From a virus (Duplodnaviria > Caudoviricetes): DNA of 53,067 nt. Each line of letters starts with the position of its first letter. Position 1 is the stretch's first letter. Positions 29,848 to 39,370 of this stretch are shown in pieces. A model generated the notes under the pieces. It saw nothing but the letters and a program-made list of their open reading frames with translations. It was not told where the DNA came from and did not search any database. Both the position numbers and the translations under genes were made by a program. Where the stretch lies: IMG/VR virus record IMGVR_UViG_3300043773_001180, positions 1-53,067 of that record; one strand, given 5' to 3'.

Positions 29848-31212
29848 TTAACTCAAATTAGCCTCAGCGGTTTCTTGTTTATAAAAAGGGTCAACGGTTT
29901 GACGAGAATCACCCGATTGATTATTAGTTGGATTTGAATACTCAGTTGTATTTGATTCTTTACGAGCATTTGCAGCTGATTTATCCCTCGGAGATACTCC
30001 ACCGGGATTCTCGTTTAAAAACACGAGATTACTTGGTAACTCACGTAATCTTTGTCTTAATGCCTTAATATTTTTTTTAACTACGAAATAATCGGATGAA
30101 TTTATCGGCGGACCGGATGGACCAACTCCAGTTGGATGAGTTTCCATAGTAATATGTTCTATGAGTTTATCCACCGTATCACATAAATCACCCAACCATT
30201 CTAATGTTCTATCCCCCAATAAAACAGGAGAAACTGCATTTAAACCCAGACTTATCTTCTTACTTTCAATTTCTACAACTTGTCCTGCGTCAATAGAAAC
30301 AGCCTTTTCAGAAGATAAGCCAAGTCCTTCCTTTGCAAATGCAATTATTTCTTGTTTTTTTGCATTAAAAATCAATCTGTCAGACGATATTATAACCTGA
30401 TTTCCTGAAAAATTATTCTTGTTAAATAAATCAACACTTTTATCTTTTATAGAAGTTGTTATAGTGGATGCAGGTTTAAATCTAACTTCTTGTCCAGAAG
30501 TCATCCATATAGATGAATCATCTTCATCTATGTTTTCCAAAATAAATTCGTTAAAAGGTTTTCTATCCGGGTTTGTGCCATTTGATATAATTAAAATAGG
30601 ATTTCCCGTATCTCCCAATCCTTTTTTCCAAAAAGGTTTTATTGGATAAGTTTTTCGTTCGTCGATTGTTGACCCAAATCTTATAGATTGACCCCATCTC
30701 CCTTCTAACAGTATATCTCCTGAGTAAGGTTGTAACGGATAAACATCATTTCTTTCGGGAAATGCTGGATCTATCGTAGTCTCTACTGAAATCTTTTTAG
30801 ATTTTTTAACCGCTATTCCATCATTTGCGTCTTTTCTTGTTTGAGAATTGGATGGATTTGTTTTAGATAAAAATTCTGTTATACCCGGCAATCCATTATG
30901 GTGTACAGAACTTTGAATTGAGATAGGATTTGTATAATAGTATTCTTGACCTGTTCTTCCTGCACTATTATACGCAGTTGGGCCTTTTGTTAATAAAACA
31001 ACTTCACCCGATATTGGAATATTTTTTAGGTTGGCGTCTAACGCTCTTGCTTGTATTACGTCTCCACTTGCCTGTGAACCGAACGGACCAGTAATTTTAC
31101 ATATAATAGTGTAAAGTTTTTCTTTATTATTGCCAGTAAAATCTACATCTACAACTTCAGCTGTTATAAACTCATATTCCTGACCGTTTAATATCGTCTT
31201 TTGTGGATTCAT
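29848..31212 (-). CDS. Baseplate hub/spike (gp5/gpV-like)
   Basis: N-terminal OB-like PISGEVV; GDILLEGRWGQSIRFG; HPTGVGPSGPP. Confidence 0.7.
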   Translation of the reverse strand: MNPQKTILNGQEYEFITAEVVDVDFTGNNKEKLYTIICKITGPFGSQASGDVIQARALDANLKNIPISGEVVLLTKGPTAYNSAGRTGQEYYYTNPISIQSSVHHNGLPGITEFLSKTNPSNSQTRKDANDGIAVKKSKKISVETTIDPAFPERNDVYPLQPYSGDILLEGRWGQSIRFGSTIDERKTYPIKPFWKKGLGDTGNPILIISNGTNPDRKPFNEFILENIDEDDSSIWMTSGQEVRFKPASTITTSIKDKSVDLFNKNNFSGNQVIISSDRLIFNAKKQEIIAFAKEGLGLSSEKAVSIDAGQVVEIESKKISLGLNAVSPVLLGDRTLEWLGDLCDTVDKLIEHITMETHPTGVGPSGPPINSSDYFVVKKNIKALRQRLRELPSNLVFLNENPGGVSPRDKSAANARKESNTTEYSNPTNNQSGDSRQTVDPFYKQETAEANLS

Positions 31213-31561
31213 CTATTTTGATTTCCTCTTGACTATCGCTTATTGATTTTATTTCTTTTAGTAGAGCATCTTTTTCTTCATCTGTTAAAAATGAATTACC
31301 TTCTTCTACCTTGTTATTTACCGTTCGTTGGATTACCGCCGCCAATTTAACAAGATGTTCATCGTTCTTAACAGCGACTTCCATATAATCTTTGATAACC
31401 GGCACAAGAAGAGCAGCGTCACTTATATTTGTAATAAGTGGTTTTAAATCTGCTATAAGAAGATTAATTTGTCTATCTTTCTTCTTTTGGTTTTCGTAAA
31501 TATCTTTTAATAAATCCGAAAACTTTTTACTTCCAAATATTTCTACGTCTAAATTACTCAT
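31172..31561 (-). CDS. Helical hypothetical protein
   Basis: AGGA ribosome-binding site; coherent ORF in the operon. Confidence 0.7.
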   Translation of the reverse strand: MSNLDVEIFGSKKFSDLLKDIYENQKKKDRQINLLIADLKPLITNISDAALLVPVIKDYMEVAVKNDEHLVKLAAVIQRTVNNKVEEGNSFLTDEEKDALLKEIKSISDSQEEIKIDESTKDDIKRSGI

Positions 31562-31573
31562 AAATAAATATCC

Positions 31574-32302
31574 TCAATCGTTAATAATTTCTTGTAAATC
31601 AAACCATGATAAGGTGGTTATATCAACGCCGTCTGAATATTCTTTAAATAATCTGATATAAATTTCCTTTATCTTGGAAATAACGGCGGTAATGTATTGT
31701 GACTTCAATCCAGTTCGTTCACGAATTAAAATATAAATTGCCTTCTTATTATAGTTCTCTATATTATCTCTCGTTCTGAATAAATAAAGTACGGAATCTG
31801 CTATTTGAATATCTCTTTGTTTTTGAAAAACAGTTGCAAGATATTTGTCCATAATATCAACAAACATATCGATGAAATCTTTCTGTTCCTCTATTGATTC
31901 ACTACGGATAACTTCATTGATAATGTTACGTTCATCGTCAATCGCCTGTATATCATCTTTTGCTTTAAATTGATAATAGTTTTTATTGTTTTCAGCGATT
32001 AAATAATTTTTTGCAACAATAGAAAAATAAGAAAATGCCTTTCCACTATCGGCATTATATTTACAAAGTTTTTCATGTAGAAATGCAACAACTTCATGTT
32101 TAACATCCTCGTGTGATACATCGAAGTTATAGAATTTAAATCTATGTATCATTATTTCAGCGAGTTTATAAAATGCAGGATGTATTTTATCGGTGTATAT
32201 TATATTTCGGATAACCGGGTCATCACATTTATTATACTCTATTATCGCATTCTCGGTTTCTTGTGTGAAATAGACATTTTGTTTTTTCTTTGTTTTTACC
32301 AT
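31574..32302 (-). CDS. Phage late-transcription sigma factor (gp55-like)
   Basis: YFTQETENAIIEY...KYNADSGKAFSYFSIVAKNYLI, resembling sigma region 2. Confidence 0.65.
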   Translation of the reverse strand: MVKTKKKQNVYFTQETENAIIEYNKCDDPVIRNIIYTDKIHPAFYKLAEIMIHRFKFYNFDVSHEDVKHEVVAFLHEKLCKYNADSGKAFSYFSIVAKNYLIAENNKNYYQFKAKDDIQAIDDERNIINEVIRSESIEEQKDFIDMFVDIMDKYLATVFQKQRDIQIADSVLYLFRTRDNIENYNKKAIYILIRERTGLKSQYITAVISKIKEIYIRLFKEYSDGVDITTLSWFDLQEIIND

Positions 32303-32304
32303 GA

Positions 32305-32661
32305 TTACTCCCCCGGTGTAGAACGTAAAGATCCCAAGAATGTATTAGAATCATCTAGCACCTCATCGTCTTGTTCTTGTTTAACATCAACATAACTCGC
32401 TATGTTGTTTATGATTGTTTTCAATTCTTTAAAGAAATAACCAACCTCGTCATCAGATTCAAATGACCCATTCCTATCTAATTGACGTAAATATGATTGT
32501 TGACTTAAAACTTTATTACGTATAGATAAAATAAATTCTTGATTTTCAGTAGATATTTCATCCAATTCGTCATAATTTTTTTCCAAATCATTATACTTTC
32601 TGTATAAATTTATGTTTATAAAAACAGAACAAATCAATAAAAATAAAACAATAAAATCCAT
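32305..32661 (-). CDS. Membrane-anchored coiled-coil protein
   Basis: N-terminal hydrophobic helix followed by heptads. Confidence 0.65.
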   Translation of the reverse strand: MDFIVLFLLICSVFININLYRKYNDLEKNYDELDEISTENQEFILSIRNKVLSQQSYLRQLDRNGSFESDDEVGYFFKELKTIINNIASYVDVKQEQDDEVLDDSNTFLGSLRSTPGE

Positions 32662-32665
32662 ACTA

Positions 32666-33328
32666 TTATCCTCTTTTTGTTTTATTCTTTGGTTGTATTA
32701 TTGTATCTATAACGCCAAGTTGAATGGCATCTTCGGGTGTAATATAGTAATCTTTTACTGTATTATCTACCCAAAACTTTCTATCTTTATTGGAATTTGA
32801 ACTCATTATCCCAACAATTATATCTTCCAATTTTTCCATGTGTTGAACATTTGCCTTCATATCTGATGACTTACCATAGATACCGGAAGACATCTCGTGA
32901 AACATAATTGTACTATTTTTAGATGCCGCTCGTATTCCTGTACCTGAACAAAGTAGTAGTGCCGCGGCAGACATCGCTCTTCCTCTACAAATAGTATTCA
33001 CTTTAACATCAAGACTTTCAATAAAGTCTATAATACCAAGTGCCTCATATACGTCACCACCGTCGGAATTTATTATAAGGTTGATTGGATTTTCTTTTTC
33101 TTCTTCAGGTCGTATGCGAAGTATTGCCTTTATTCTCAACATAACCTCGTAAAGAGTTCCGTCTGTAATATCACCGAACAATAATACACTCGAAGTTTCG
33201 GTGTCAATTCCGTACTCAATTTGAGTCAATGCCTCTTTCCATTTCAATGGAAGTTCTTGATTTGACATATCGGAATTAGTAATATTTTTTAATTGTTCCG
33301 GTTCATCGTCATATAAATTTTTCATCAA
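32666..33328 (-). CDS. clpP: ClpP-family serine protease
   Basis: INSDGG, GRAMSAA (Ser), IMFHE (His), KDYY (Asp), A..LG.ID. Confidence 0.85.
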   Translation of the reverse strand: MMKNLYDDEPEQLKNITNSDMSNQELPLKWKEALTQIEYGIDTETSSVLLFGDITDGTLYEVMLRIKAILRIRPEEEKENPINLIINSDGGDVYEALGIIDFIESLDVKVNTICRGRAMSAAALLLCSGTGIRAASKNSTIMFHEMSSGIYGKSSDMKANVQHMEKLEDIIVGIMSSNSNKDRKFWVDNTVKDYYITPEDAIQLGVIDTIIQPKNKTKRG

Positions 33329-33702
33329 CGCCCTCCCTTTTTGTTTTTTTTAAATTTCTTTTTACCAACACGTTTAGATACTTCTTCCATTATTTTATCA
33401 TTCATGGATTTTTCTTTAACAGTTTTCTTTTCTTTTTTTACTATTTCCGTCGGTGGTAATGTTCCAAATAACTTCTCTTGACATACACCTTTGTGATATA
33501 CATTACCTTCTTTATCAACAAACACGTTCATAAATTTCCATCCACGAGGATAACCATGATTTATTTTTTTCTCAGGATTTGGCAACATTTCGGCCGTACA
33601 CCTCCAACATAAAACTTTAACTATATGGTCGTCAACAAACACTTCTTCATAACAGCGTTTTTTACTAAGTGGTGAATTATTTTGACATAACAAATATTTC
33701 AT
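33325..33702 (-). CDS. Basic protein with C4 Zn-finger-like N-terminus
   Basis: CQNN...C...CWRC; related to 46908..47225. Confidence 0.65.
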   Translation of the reverse strand: MKYLLCQNNSPLSKKRCYEEVFVDDHIVKVLCWRCTAEMLPNPEKKINHGYPRGWKFMNVFVDKEGNVYHKGVCQEKLFGTLPPTEIVKKEKKTVKEKSMNDKIMEEVSKRVGKKKFKKNKKGGR

Positions 33703-33717
33703 AAAAATAAATTAAAG

Positions 33718-34758
33718 TTATCTAACAAATGGCAATGCTCTTTTCCACGGATTATCAACACCATTATTATTGGTTTTGTCTTTTGTCTCTTCGTTATCCT
33801 CTATTTCATCATAAAATTTGTTTACATCTTCAGATTCTATGACATCATTAGATTCTTGTTCTTCAAATATACGAAAATCTTCATCATTATTCAAATTTAT
33901 TTTTTCTTCAATAGGTTCTTCTGATTTAGTTTCTTCCTCGATAGGACTGCCTACAATAACCGGTTGATTAGAATTTAAATGATTTGCAGCAACTACTAAA
34001 CTTATTGCAAGTGGGTCAAACACAATTACTAGAATTATAATAAACCAATTAACAACTATATCCATAGGTAATCCTGTAATACGACTAAGGTAAAGTAAAG
34101 GACCCAACTCTGATGAAAATGATTCGTTTGATATTGTCAATTTATTTTGTTCTATAATAGAAATAGAATCTGATAATGCAAATGATTTAGATGTCATCGT
34201 TGAAATCTCATTGTTCAAGAGTTCCGAAGACTTATCTATGGAAGATATATTTTTGGATAGATTACCGGTTCCTTTTTTTTGTGTAAGTTGTTGCGTGTAT
34301 GCATTCTGTTGAGATACTCGTATTTGGTCAAAAGATTTTAATCTATTTGTTTTTTCGTTTATGGCTACATCTAATTGTTTCTTTTGTTCCTCAAACAATT
34401 TTTTCTTTTGGTCAAGTAGTGTGGTTTCATTTTGTGCCTTGTAAATAACCTTTGCAGTTTCTTGGTAGGAGTTTGTTAGATACCCGTAAACACCGATAGA
34501 TGTTATAGACATTAACACAACTATAGCAGCAGACAAATAAAATTTTATACCTATCTTTATAGTCTTAAAATGATTATGTAGAAATGTGACAACCACAAGT
34601 TTAGATAGTTCTAACATTGCAGCCATACCAACAATAGACCATGAACCACCTGAAAATAATTTAGATATACCAAAGACAGAATAATATCCTGAAAATGTTG
34701 CTAATCCTATAGCACAAAACCAAATTAGATTTTTAAGATTAAAAACTCTGTTAAACAT
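33718..34758 (-). CDS. Multi-pass membrane protein with coiled coil
   Basis: Three N-terminal TM segments, coiled coil, VFDPLAI TM segment, acidic tail. Confidence 0.75.
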   Translation of the reverse strand: MFNRVFNLKNLIWFCAIGLATFSGYYSVFGISKLFSGGSWSIVGMAAMLELSKLVVVTFLHNHFKTIKIGIKFYLSAAIVVLMSITSIGVYGYLTNSYQETAKVIYKAQNETTLLDQKKKLFEEQKKQLDVAINEKTNRLKSFDQIRVSQQNAYTQQLTQKKGTGNLSKNISSIDKSSELLNNEISTMTSKSFALSDSISIIEQNKLTISNESFSSELGPLLYLSRITGLPMDIVVNWFIIILVIVFDPLAISLVVAANHLNSNQPVIVGSPIEEETKSEEPIEEKINLNNDEDFRIFEEQESNDVIESEDVNKFYDEIEDNEETKDKTNNNGVDNPWKRALPFVR

Positions 34759-35662
34759 TTACACTCTCATACGTTTCACGATACTTAATTAAAGCAAGTT
34801 CTTTTGCCTTACATTCCAACATAACATCAACTTGTTGTGAATAAGTATCTATCTTTTCCAAAATATATTCCGCGTGTGCCTGTGGTTTATCTTTTTTGTT
34901 ACCCGTCTCTTTTTGTTTAGACGATGAGTAGTGAACGATGGGAGTTATATCATTTTTCCAAGTAGATGTGGCCATCTTCATTGCATCTTCCTCGGTTAAA
35001 CCACCTGTGTTAAAAATATGATGATGGTAGTCGAATACAATAGGAATACCTGTGTTATCGTGGATATACATCAAATCAGAAACATTGTACATATTTTGTT
35101 TATCATCGTTTTCAACGGTAAGACGTGACTTAACAGAGTCGGATAGTTTGTCAAAATTATCACAAAATCGTTTCATACTTTCTTTCTTATTACCATACGT
35201 ACCATTACAATGTATGTTAATTTTATTATATGGAGTTTTGGACAACCCCATTAAGTCAAATAGTTTACCATGAAGTTCAAGGTCAACTATTGTATTTTTA
35301 ACAACCTTATCGTTTGGAGAACAAAGAACATTAAAGGGACCGGGATGTGATGTTAGTCTAACACCGTTTTTGTTTGCATATTCACCAATTCGTTTCAATA
35401 TAATAGAAATCTCTTGAATATTCGGTAAATTCTCGATACCATATTCGGATGCCCAAGGCATCATATCAGAAGATACTCTAAAGAATTTTATGTTGTTTTG
35501 AACATTCCAATGTATAACAGTTTCCAAATCTTTTACATTTTGTAAAGATAATTCTCCCGCGTAATTTATACCACGTTGGAGAAAGGTCTTCTTTATCATA
35601 GACCGATTTGTTGTTATTTTTTGTTTCTTTAGAGTTTCACAGATACAAGCGTAACCTAACAT
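34751..35662 (-). CDS. uvsE: UV damage endonuclease
   Basis: LGYAC, FRVSS, HPGPF, INIH, RLTVENDD, FDYHH, HYS, MLECKAKE. Confidence 0.93.
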   Translation of the reverse strand: MLGYACICETLKKQKITTNRSMIKKTFLQRGINYAGELSLQNVKDLETVIHWNVQNNIKFFRVSSDMMPWASEYGIENLPNIQEISIILKRIGEYANKNGVRLTSHPGPFNVLCSPNDKVVKNTIVDLELHGKLFDLMGLSKTPYNKINIHCNGTYGNKKESMKRFCDNFDKLSDSVKSRLTVENDDKQNMYNVSDLMYIHDNTGIPIVFDYHHHIFNTGGLTEEDAMKMATSTWKNDITPIVHYSSSKQKETGNKKDKPQAHAEYILEKIDTYSQQVDVMLECKAKELALIKYRETYESVNV

Positions 35663-35692
35663 AGTTTACCTATTATATTGAATATTGTAGTA

Positions 35693-35724
35693 CAAATATA
35701 AGAAAAATATTTGAGATACACAAA
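35693..35724 (-). promoter_or_regulatory. Bacteroidota-type promoter TTTG-N20-TATATTTG
   Basis: Consensus match upstream of uvsE. Confidence 0.8.
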
Positions 35725-35725
35725 T

Positions 35726-35752
35726 AAAAAACCCATCTAAATTGATGGGTTT
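35726..35752 (-). terminator. Intrinsic terminator
   Basis: aaacccatc-taaatt-gatgggttt hairpin with a T-run on the - strand. Confidence 0.75.
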
Positions 35753-35778
35753 AACACTAAATTCTTGTTAAATATTCA

Positions 35779-36441
35779 TTATAGTCCCGGAGGTGCAGTT
35801 GGATTATCGTAATCTTCACTTGGATTGTATTTGATACTTCCTGTCCATGAACCACTTGCAATAAGACGTATTGACAATCCCATAGTCATAGGGGTTGTTA
35901 CTGAAATCAAAGAACTATTCGACCAGTATGCTCTGTATCCAGGTGCAGTAGTTGCCGATGCAGAAGTTGCAGACCACCAATTAGAACTCCATTCCATATC
36001 AAAAAATTCACCAGTCTGTCTCATATAACCCGAAGGATTGCCATAGAAATAACTTGAATTGTCACCATTTCCATCGATGTCTTTATCTAAAGAACTCCAA
36101 TTTTCAGTATTCTTTAGTTTATACCCAGCTACTTTTTCCCCACCCAAATAAGTTACGAGTGCATTCCATTGTGTAGTTGTTGGTACTTTAAATTGTGCAT
36201 TTGGCACTATCTGTTTGGATGTTAATGATGCACTAACAACATACCAATTATAAAGTTTACCGTGTAAATCTCCATTGGAAGAATCGTCATTGTAATATCT
36301 CCATGCCGGAGTGCCGGCAGCACATAAACTTTCCCATTCTGCATCAGTCGTTGCGTGTTCGATTGGTGTTCCATCGGCAAAACAATCAACGTCTAAGTTG
36401 TGAGTGTCCCATTGTTGGGAACCTATTGTTACTATCGGCAT
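35779..36441 (-). CDS. Fibrobacter succinogenes major paralogous domain (FISUMP) protein
   Basis: TIGSQQW...NLDV, GKLYNWY, VPT..QW..L..YLGG, WWSAT, GLSIRLI. Confidence 0.85.
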   Translation of the reverse strand: MPIVTIGSQQWDTHNLDVDCFADGTPIEHATTDAEWESLCAAGTPAWRYYNDDSSNGDLHGKLYNWYVVSASLTSKQIVPNAQFKVPTTTQWNALVTYLGGEKVAGYKLKNTENWSSLDKDIDGNGDNSSYFYGNPSGYMRQTGEFFDMEWSSNWWSATSASATTAPGYRAYWSNSSLISVTTPMTMGLSIRLIASGSWTGSIKYNPSEDYDNPTAPPGL

Positions 36442-36475
36442 CTATATCTCCAAAATTATTAGGTAATTTGTTTAC

Positions 36476-36485
36476 AATAAATATA
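36476..36485 (-). promoter_or_regulatory. Putative late promoter TATATTTATT
   Basis: One-mismatch copy of the late motif. Confidence 0.5.
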
Positions 36486-36488
36486 AAC

Positions 36489-36519
36489 AAAAAAGGGAAA
36501 ACTCAATGTTTTCCCTTTT
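36489..36519 (-). terminator. Intrinsic terminator after hsp20
   Basis: aaaagggaaaac-tcaat-gttttccctttt. Confidence 0.8.
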
Positions 36520-36535
36520 ATTGGATTAAATATTT

Positions 36536-37042
36536 CTATTCAATATCAATGTGTTTAATCTTATTTTCTTTCTTTACAATTTCATTTTTGGGAATTGAAA
36601 GTGTAAGAACTCCGTTATTATGTTTTGCAGAAACCTTATCGAAATTATAATCGTTATGATTTCTGATAACAAATGACCGCTCAAAATAAGATTGTTTTAG
36701 TTCACGGAGAATATAATTAACATTCTCTTTCTTCTCTGTTTTTTGTTTACCGGATATGGTGAGTGTTTTGGTATTATCCTCGTTATCCTTAATTGAAATT
36801 TTTACCTCTTCTTTAGATAACCCGGCAATTTCCGCAACAAAAGTAATTTCAGATTCACTTTCCATAATGTTCACCTTTGGGTAGGATGCCTTTTGAATTG
36901 CATCAATTCCAAACGTCTTTGAAAATTCAGGAAATGTTTTTGAAATTACGGTATCAAATACCCTATCGAGTGGTAGAAACGGGTCGCTCCATAATGTTGG
37001 ATTATAAAGAGACATTTGTTCGTATGAAGATTTGTTACTCAT
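36536..37042 (-). CDS. hsp20: Small heat-shock protein (Hsp20)
   Basis: YPKVNI, AEIAG, LTISG, FERSF, A..NNGVLTLSIPK. Confidence 0.92.
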   Translation of the reverse strand: MSNKSSYEQMSLYNPTLWSDPFLPLDRVFDTVISKTFPEFSKTFGIDAIQKASYPKVNIMESESEITFVAEIAGLSKEEVKISIKDNEDNTKTLTISGKQKTEKKENVNYILRELKQSYFERSFVIRNHNDYNFDKVSAKHNNGVLTLSIPKNEIVKKENKIKHIDIE

Positions 37043-37086
37043 AGTAAACTCCTATAAAAAATTAAACAATCAGTTAGACTTGTTAT

Positions 37087-37109
37087 TACCGACCCATTTG
37101 GCGTCGGTA
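37087..37109 (-). promoter_or_regulatory. Bulged hairpin in the hsp20 leader
   Basis: TACCGAC-G-CC-AAAT-GG-GTCGGTA on the - strand. Confidence 0.55.
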
Positions 37110-37116
37110 TATTTGA

Positions 37117-37126
37117 TATAAATATA
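37117..37126 (-). promoter_or_regulatory. Putative late promoter TATATTTATA
   Basis: Conserved motif just upstream of the hairpin. Confidence 0.55.
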
Positions 37127-37160
37127 GTTTGATTTAAATTTTCAAATTATAAGTTAGATA

Positions 37161-37568
37161 TTAACCACGAGATTTAGTAGTACGTTTAGGTTTGATAGTT
37201 GCAGGTTGTTTCTTAGTAGTTCTTGGGTAGTTATCAATAGGATTTGCCGTATTGGCCCTCGGTGTTCTAACTTTAGGGGTTCTCGATTTAGTTTCAACGG
37301 GTTTAGATGTGGATATTTCCGCAGTCTCGTATGTAAATGCCCCACCACCACGCCAATTATCGTTTGGATTTTCTTCTCCAATATAATGTTGTTTAAGTGC
37401 AGTAATCACGGCGTCCTTATCGGAAATAGTTTCACTAAGAGTTTGTATCTGGCGTCTGTTGTAATCGGAAATAGTTTCACTAAGAGTTTGTATCTGGCGT
37501 CTGTTGTAATACCAAAATCCAAGTCCAACTAAGAAAACAACGGTGAATAGTATAAGTAAATTAATCAT
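37161..37568 (-). CDS. Membrane-anchored protein with basic tail
   Basis: N-terminal TM helix; AAGGAG ribosome-binding site. Confidence 0.7.
   Translation of the reverse strand: MINLLILFTVVFLVGLGFWYYNRRQIQTLSETISDYNRRQIQTLSETISDKDAVITALKQHYIGEENPNDNWRGGGAFTYETAEISTSKPVETKSRTPKVRTPRANTANPIDNYPRTTKKQPATIKPKRTTKSRG
37419..37510. repeat. Exact 45-bp tandem duplication (YNRRQIQTLSETISD x2)
   Basis: Directly visible. Confidence 0.95.
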
Positions 37569-37576
37569 AAAACTCC

Positions 37577-38173
37577 TTATTTTAAAATAGAAAAAATATA
37601 TTGGTTATTAGTACCATCACTAAATTTTTTAATAACTAGATTGTTGTAAATGACGGATAGTATCGAGAATAAGTATAGAATATTATATTCAAAGTCATCA
37701 CTTGTGTTTTGTTTCAGAGTAAATACAACTCGGCTACTAACTCGTTTAAAACACTCTTCAATGGTTCTTAGAATAAATTCGTATTGTCTATCTCCATATA
37801 GCATAGTATCGAATATACCTGTTATCAGGATAGACGAGGTATCTTCATTATTTTCAGAAAGAAAATCTTGCATCGATTTAAATGTAAAATCAAACTTTTT
37901 TCTTCTAATAAATGGATATAATTCACTATCCAGTAATTTAAATTTTTCTTCATCAACATCAACACCCTGATATGTATTGATGTAATTCGTAAATTCCGAT
38001 GAGTAATCATAGTTGTCTGACTTTTCTGCATTATGAATATTTTTTAAAAACATAAAGTCATCAAAACCTGCACCAAAATGTAGTATGTTATAGGGTGGAT
38101 AATCGTCATCATTCGACCATCCAAATAGTCCAAGTGAATCCGCAATACTATTAAATGTCAAAATGTTCGCCAT
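37577..38173 (-). CDS. Methyltransferase-like protein with degenerate SAM motif
   Basis: GWS, ILHFGAG, YQGVD, ITGIF. Confidence 0.5.
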   Translation of the reverse strand: MANILTFNSIADSLGLFGWSNDDDYPPYNILHFGAGFDDFMFLKNIHNAEKSDNYDYSSEFTNYINTYQGVDVDEEKFKLLDSELYPFIRRKKFDFTFKSMQDFLSENNEDTSSILITGIFDTMLYGDRQYEFILRTIEECFKRVSSRVVFTLKQNTSDDFEYNILYLFSILSVIYNNLVIKKFSDGTNNQYIFSILK

Positions 38174-38480
38174 CGAAGTAATCTCCTATGTTATTTTTTC
38201 TTCGTTTTTTAATTCTCGATTTCTTTTCAGTTGAATCGTAAAAATCTGCACGTAGTGGATGGGTTCTGTTTAAATTTTGAGTAAACTTTAAACTCAAGTC
38301 TGCCATTTCCCATGCAGTCTTAGGGTCTTTAGTGGGTGGTAAAAGATGTTCATCGGAAAGATTCACCCCGTTTGCTTCTATGTATAAGTTTTTCTGTGAA
38401 TCAAATCTCATCTTTGCGCCCGGGCATTTTCTTAGTACCTTTCGCATTACCTTTTCTAGTTCTGTCATTTTTGCCTTCAT
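38151..38480 (-). CDS. Basic hypothetical protein
   Basis: GAGG ribosome-binding site; in operon. Confidence 0.7.
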   Translation of the reverse strand: MKAKMTELEKVMRKVLRKCPGAKMRFDSQKNLYIEANGVNLSDEHLLPPTKDPKTAWEMADLSLKFTQNLNRTHPLRADFYDSTEKKSRIKKRRKNNIGDYFDGEHFDI

Positions 38481-38721
38481 GGTTTCCTCTATCTTTTATT
38501 TCTAAGTGATACAACTTTTTTATAGCATCAATATTTTTTTGAATAATGATGCATTTTTCATATTCTTGTTTTTCTAAAAAGTAAATAAGCATATCATACA
38601 ATTCGTCTAATTTCTGAAATGTAGATATTGAATTTAATTCAAAATAGTAATTTGGGTTTTGGTTTAGAAGTTCCCAACTGAATAACAGAGAACTTTCATA
38701 CATTTTTTGAATCTTATCCAT
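38401..38721 (-). CDS. Hypothetical protein with UVR-like motif
   Basis: QEYEKCIIIQ; 3' end overlaps the next gene by 80 bp. Confidence 0.55.
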   Translation of the reverse strand: MDKIQKMYESSLLFSWELLNQNPNYYFELNSISTFQKLDELYDMLIYFLEKQEYEKCIIIQKNIDAIKKLYHLEIKDRGNHEGKNDRTRKGNAKGTKKMPGRKDEI

Positions 38722-39370
38722 CTGTCTTTTTTTGTAGTGCCTCTGTTATATTTGGGAAATTTATTTTGAATATCTCGTTGATTTGATTTGCAATTTCACG
38801 GTGTTCCTTTTGGGTATCTTCGGATGTTCTCAATTCTAAGTAGTGCATCCACGAGCGAATATTGCCTTTCATATAGAGTGTAGTTTCTGTGGCGAGTGGA
38901 AGAATATCTCTAGCAACTTCCCGTGCTATACCGGCGTCAATCATTTCGTTGTAGAGTTTCAAGGATGCTTGGAAATGACCACTTACAATATCGGATAGTT
39001 TAACACCACCCACCCATTCAGGATTGTATAGTTCTGCAGATGATTGACGATTTTTTTGTGCTTGTTTACGGAGTTCAACATCTTGGATTGATGTGGCGGA
39101 AGAATACCGTTGTGAAAATTCTTGAAACGAAAATGATTTGTGACGAAGAATCTGTGCGGCAATAGAACGTCTTGTTACAATTTCAACGGTCATATCAACA
39201 AACTCAAACGGAGACCAATGTTTATGTGTAACTAAATAATTTATTAGTCTTGGTGCCGTTTCAAAATTCATTTGATTAGATGGGTTACTTACACGGGCAA
39301 CATACACGATAAATTCTTCTGGAGAAATGTCCATAGAAGGGTGTGTTATAGAAACTAATTTTACACTCAT
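38714..39370 (-). CDS. thyX: FAD-dependent thymidylate synthase
   Basis: ARVS, HWSPFE, RHKSFSFQEFSQRY (RHx8S-type), EVAR..LP, QKEHR. Confidence 0.95.
   Translation of the reverse strand: MSVKLVSITHPSMDISPEEFIVYVARVSNPSNQMNFETAPRLINYLVTHKHWSPFEFVDMTVEIVTRRSIAAQILRHKSFSFQEFSQRYSSATSIQDVELRKQAQKNRQSSAELYNPEWVGGVKLSDIVSGHFQASLKLYNEMIDAGIAREVARDILPLATETTLYMKGNIRSWMHYLELRTSEDTQKEHREIANQINEIFKINFPNITEALQKKTDG

Noticed and set aside
35779-36441. FISUMP gene as a diversity-generating retroelement target
   Set aside because: I saw no template repeat or reverse transcriptase in the window; cannot be excluded elsewhere in the genome
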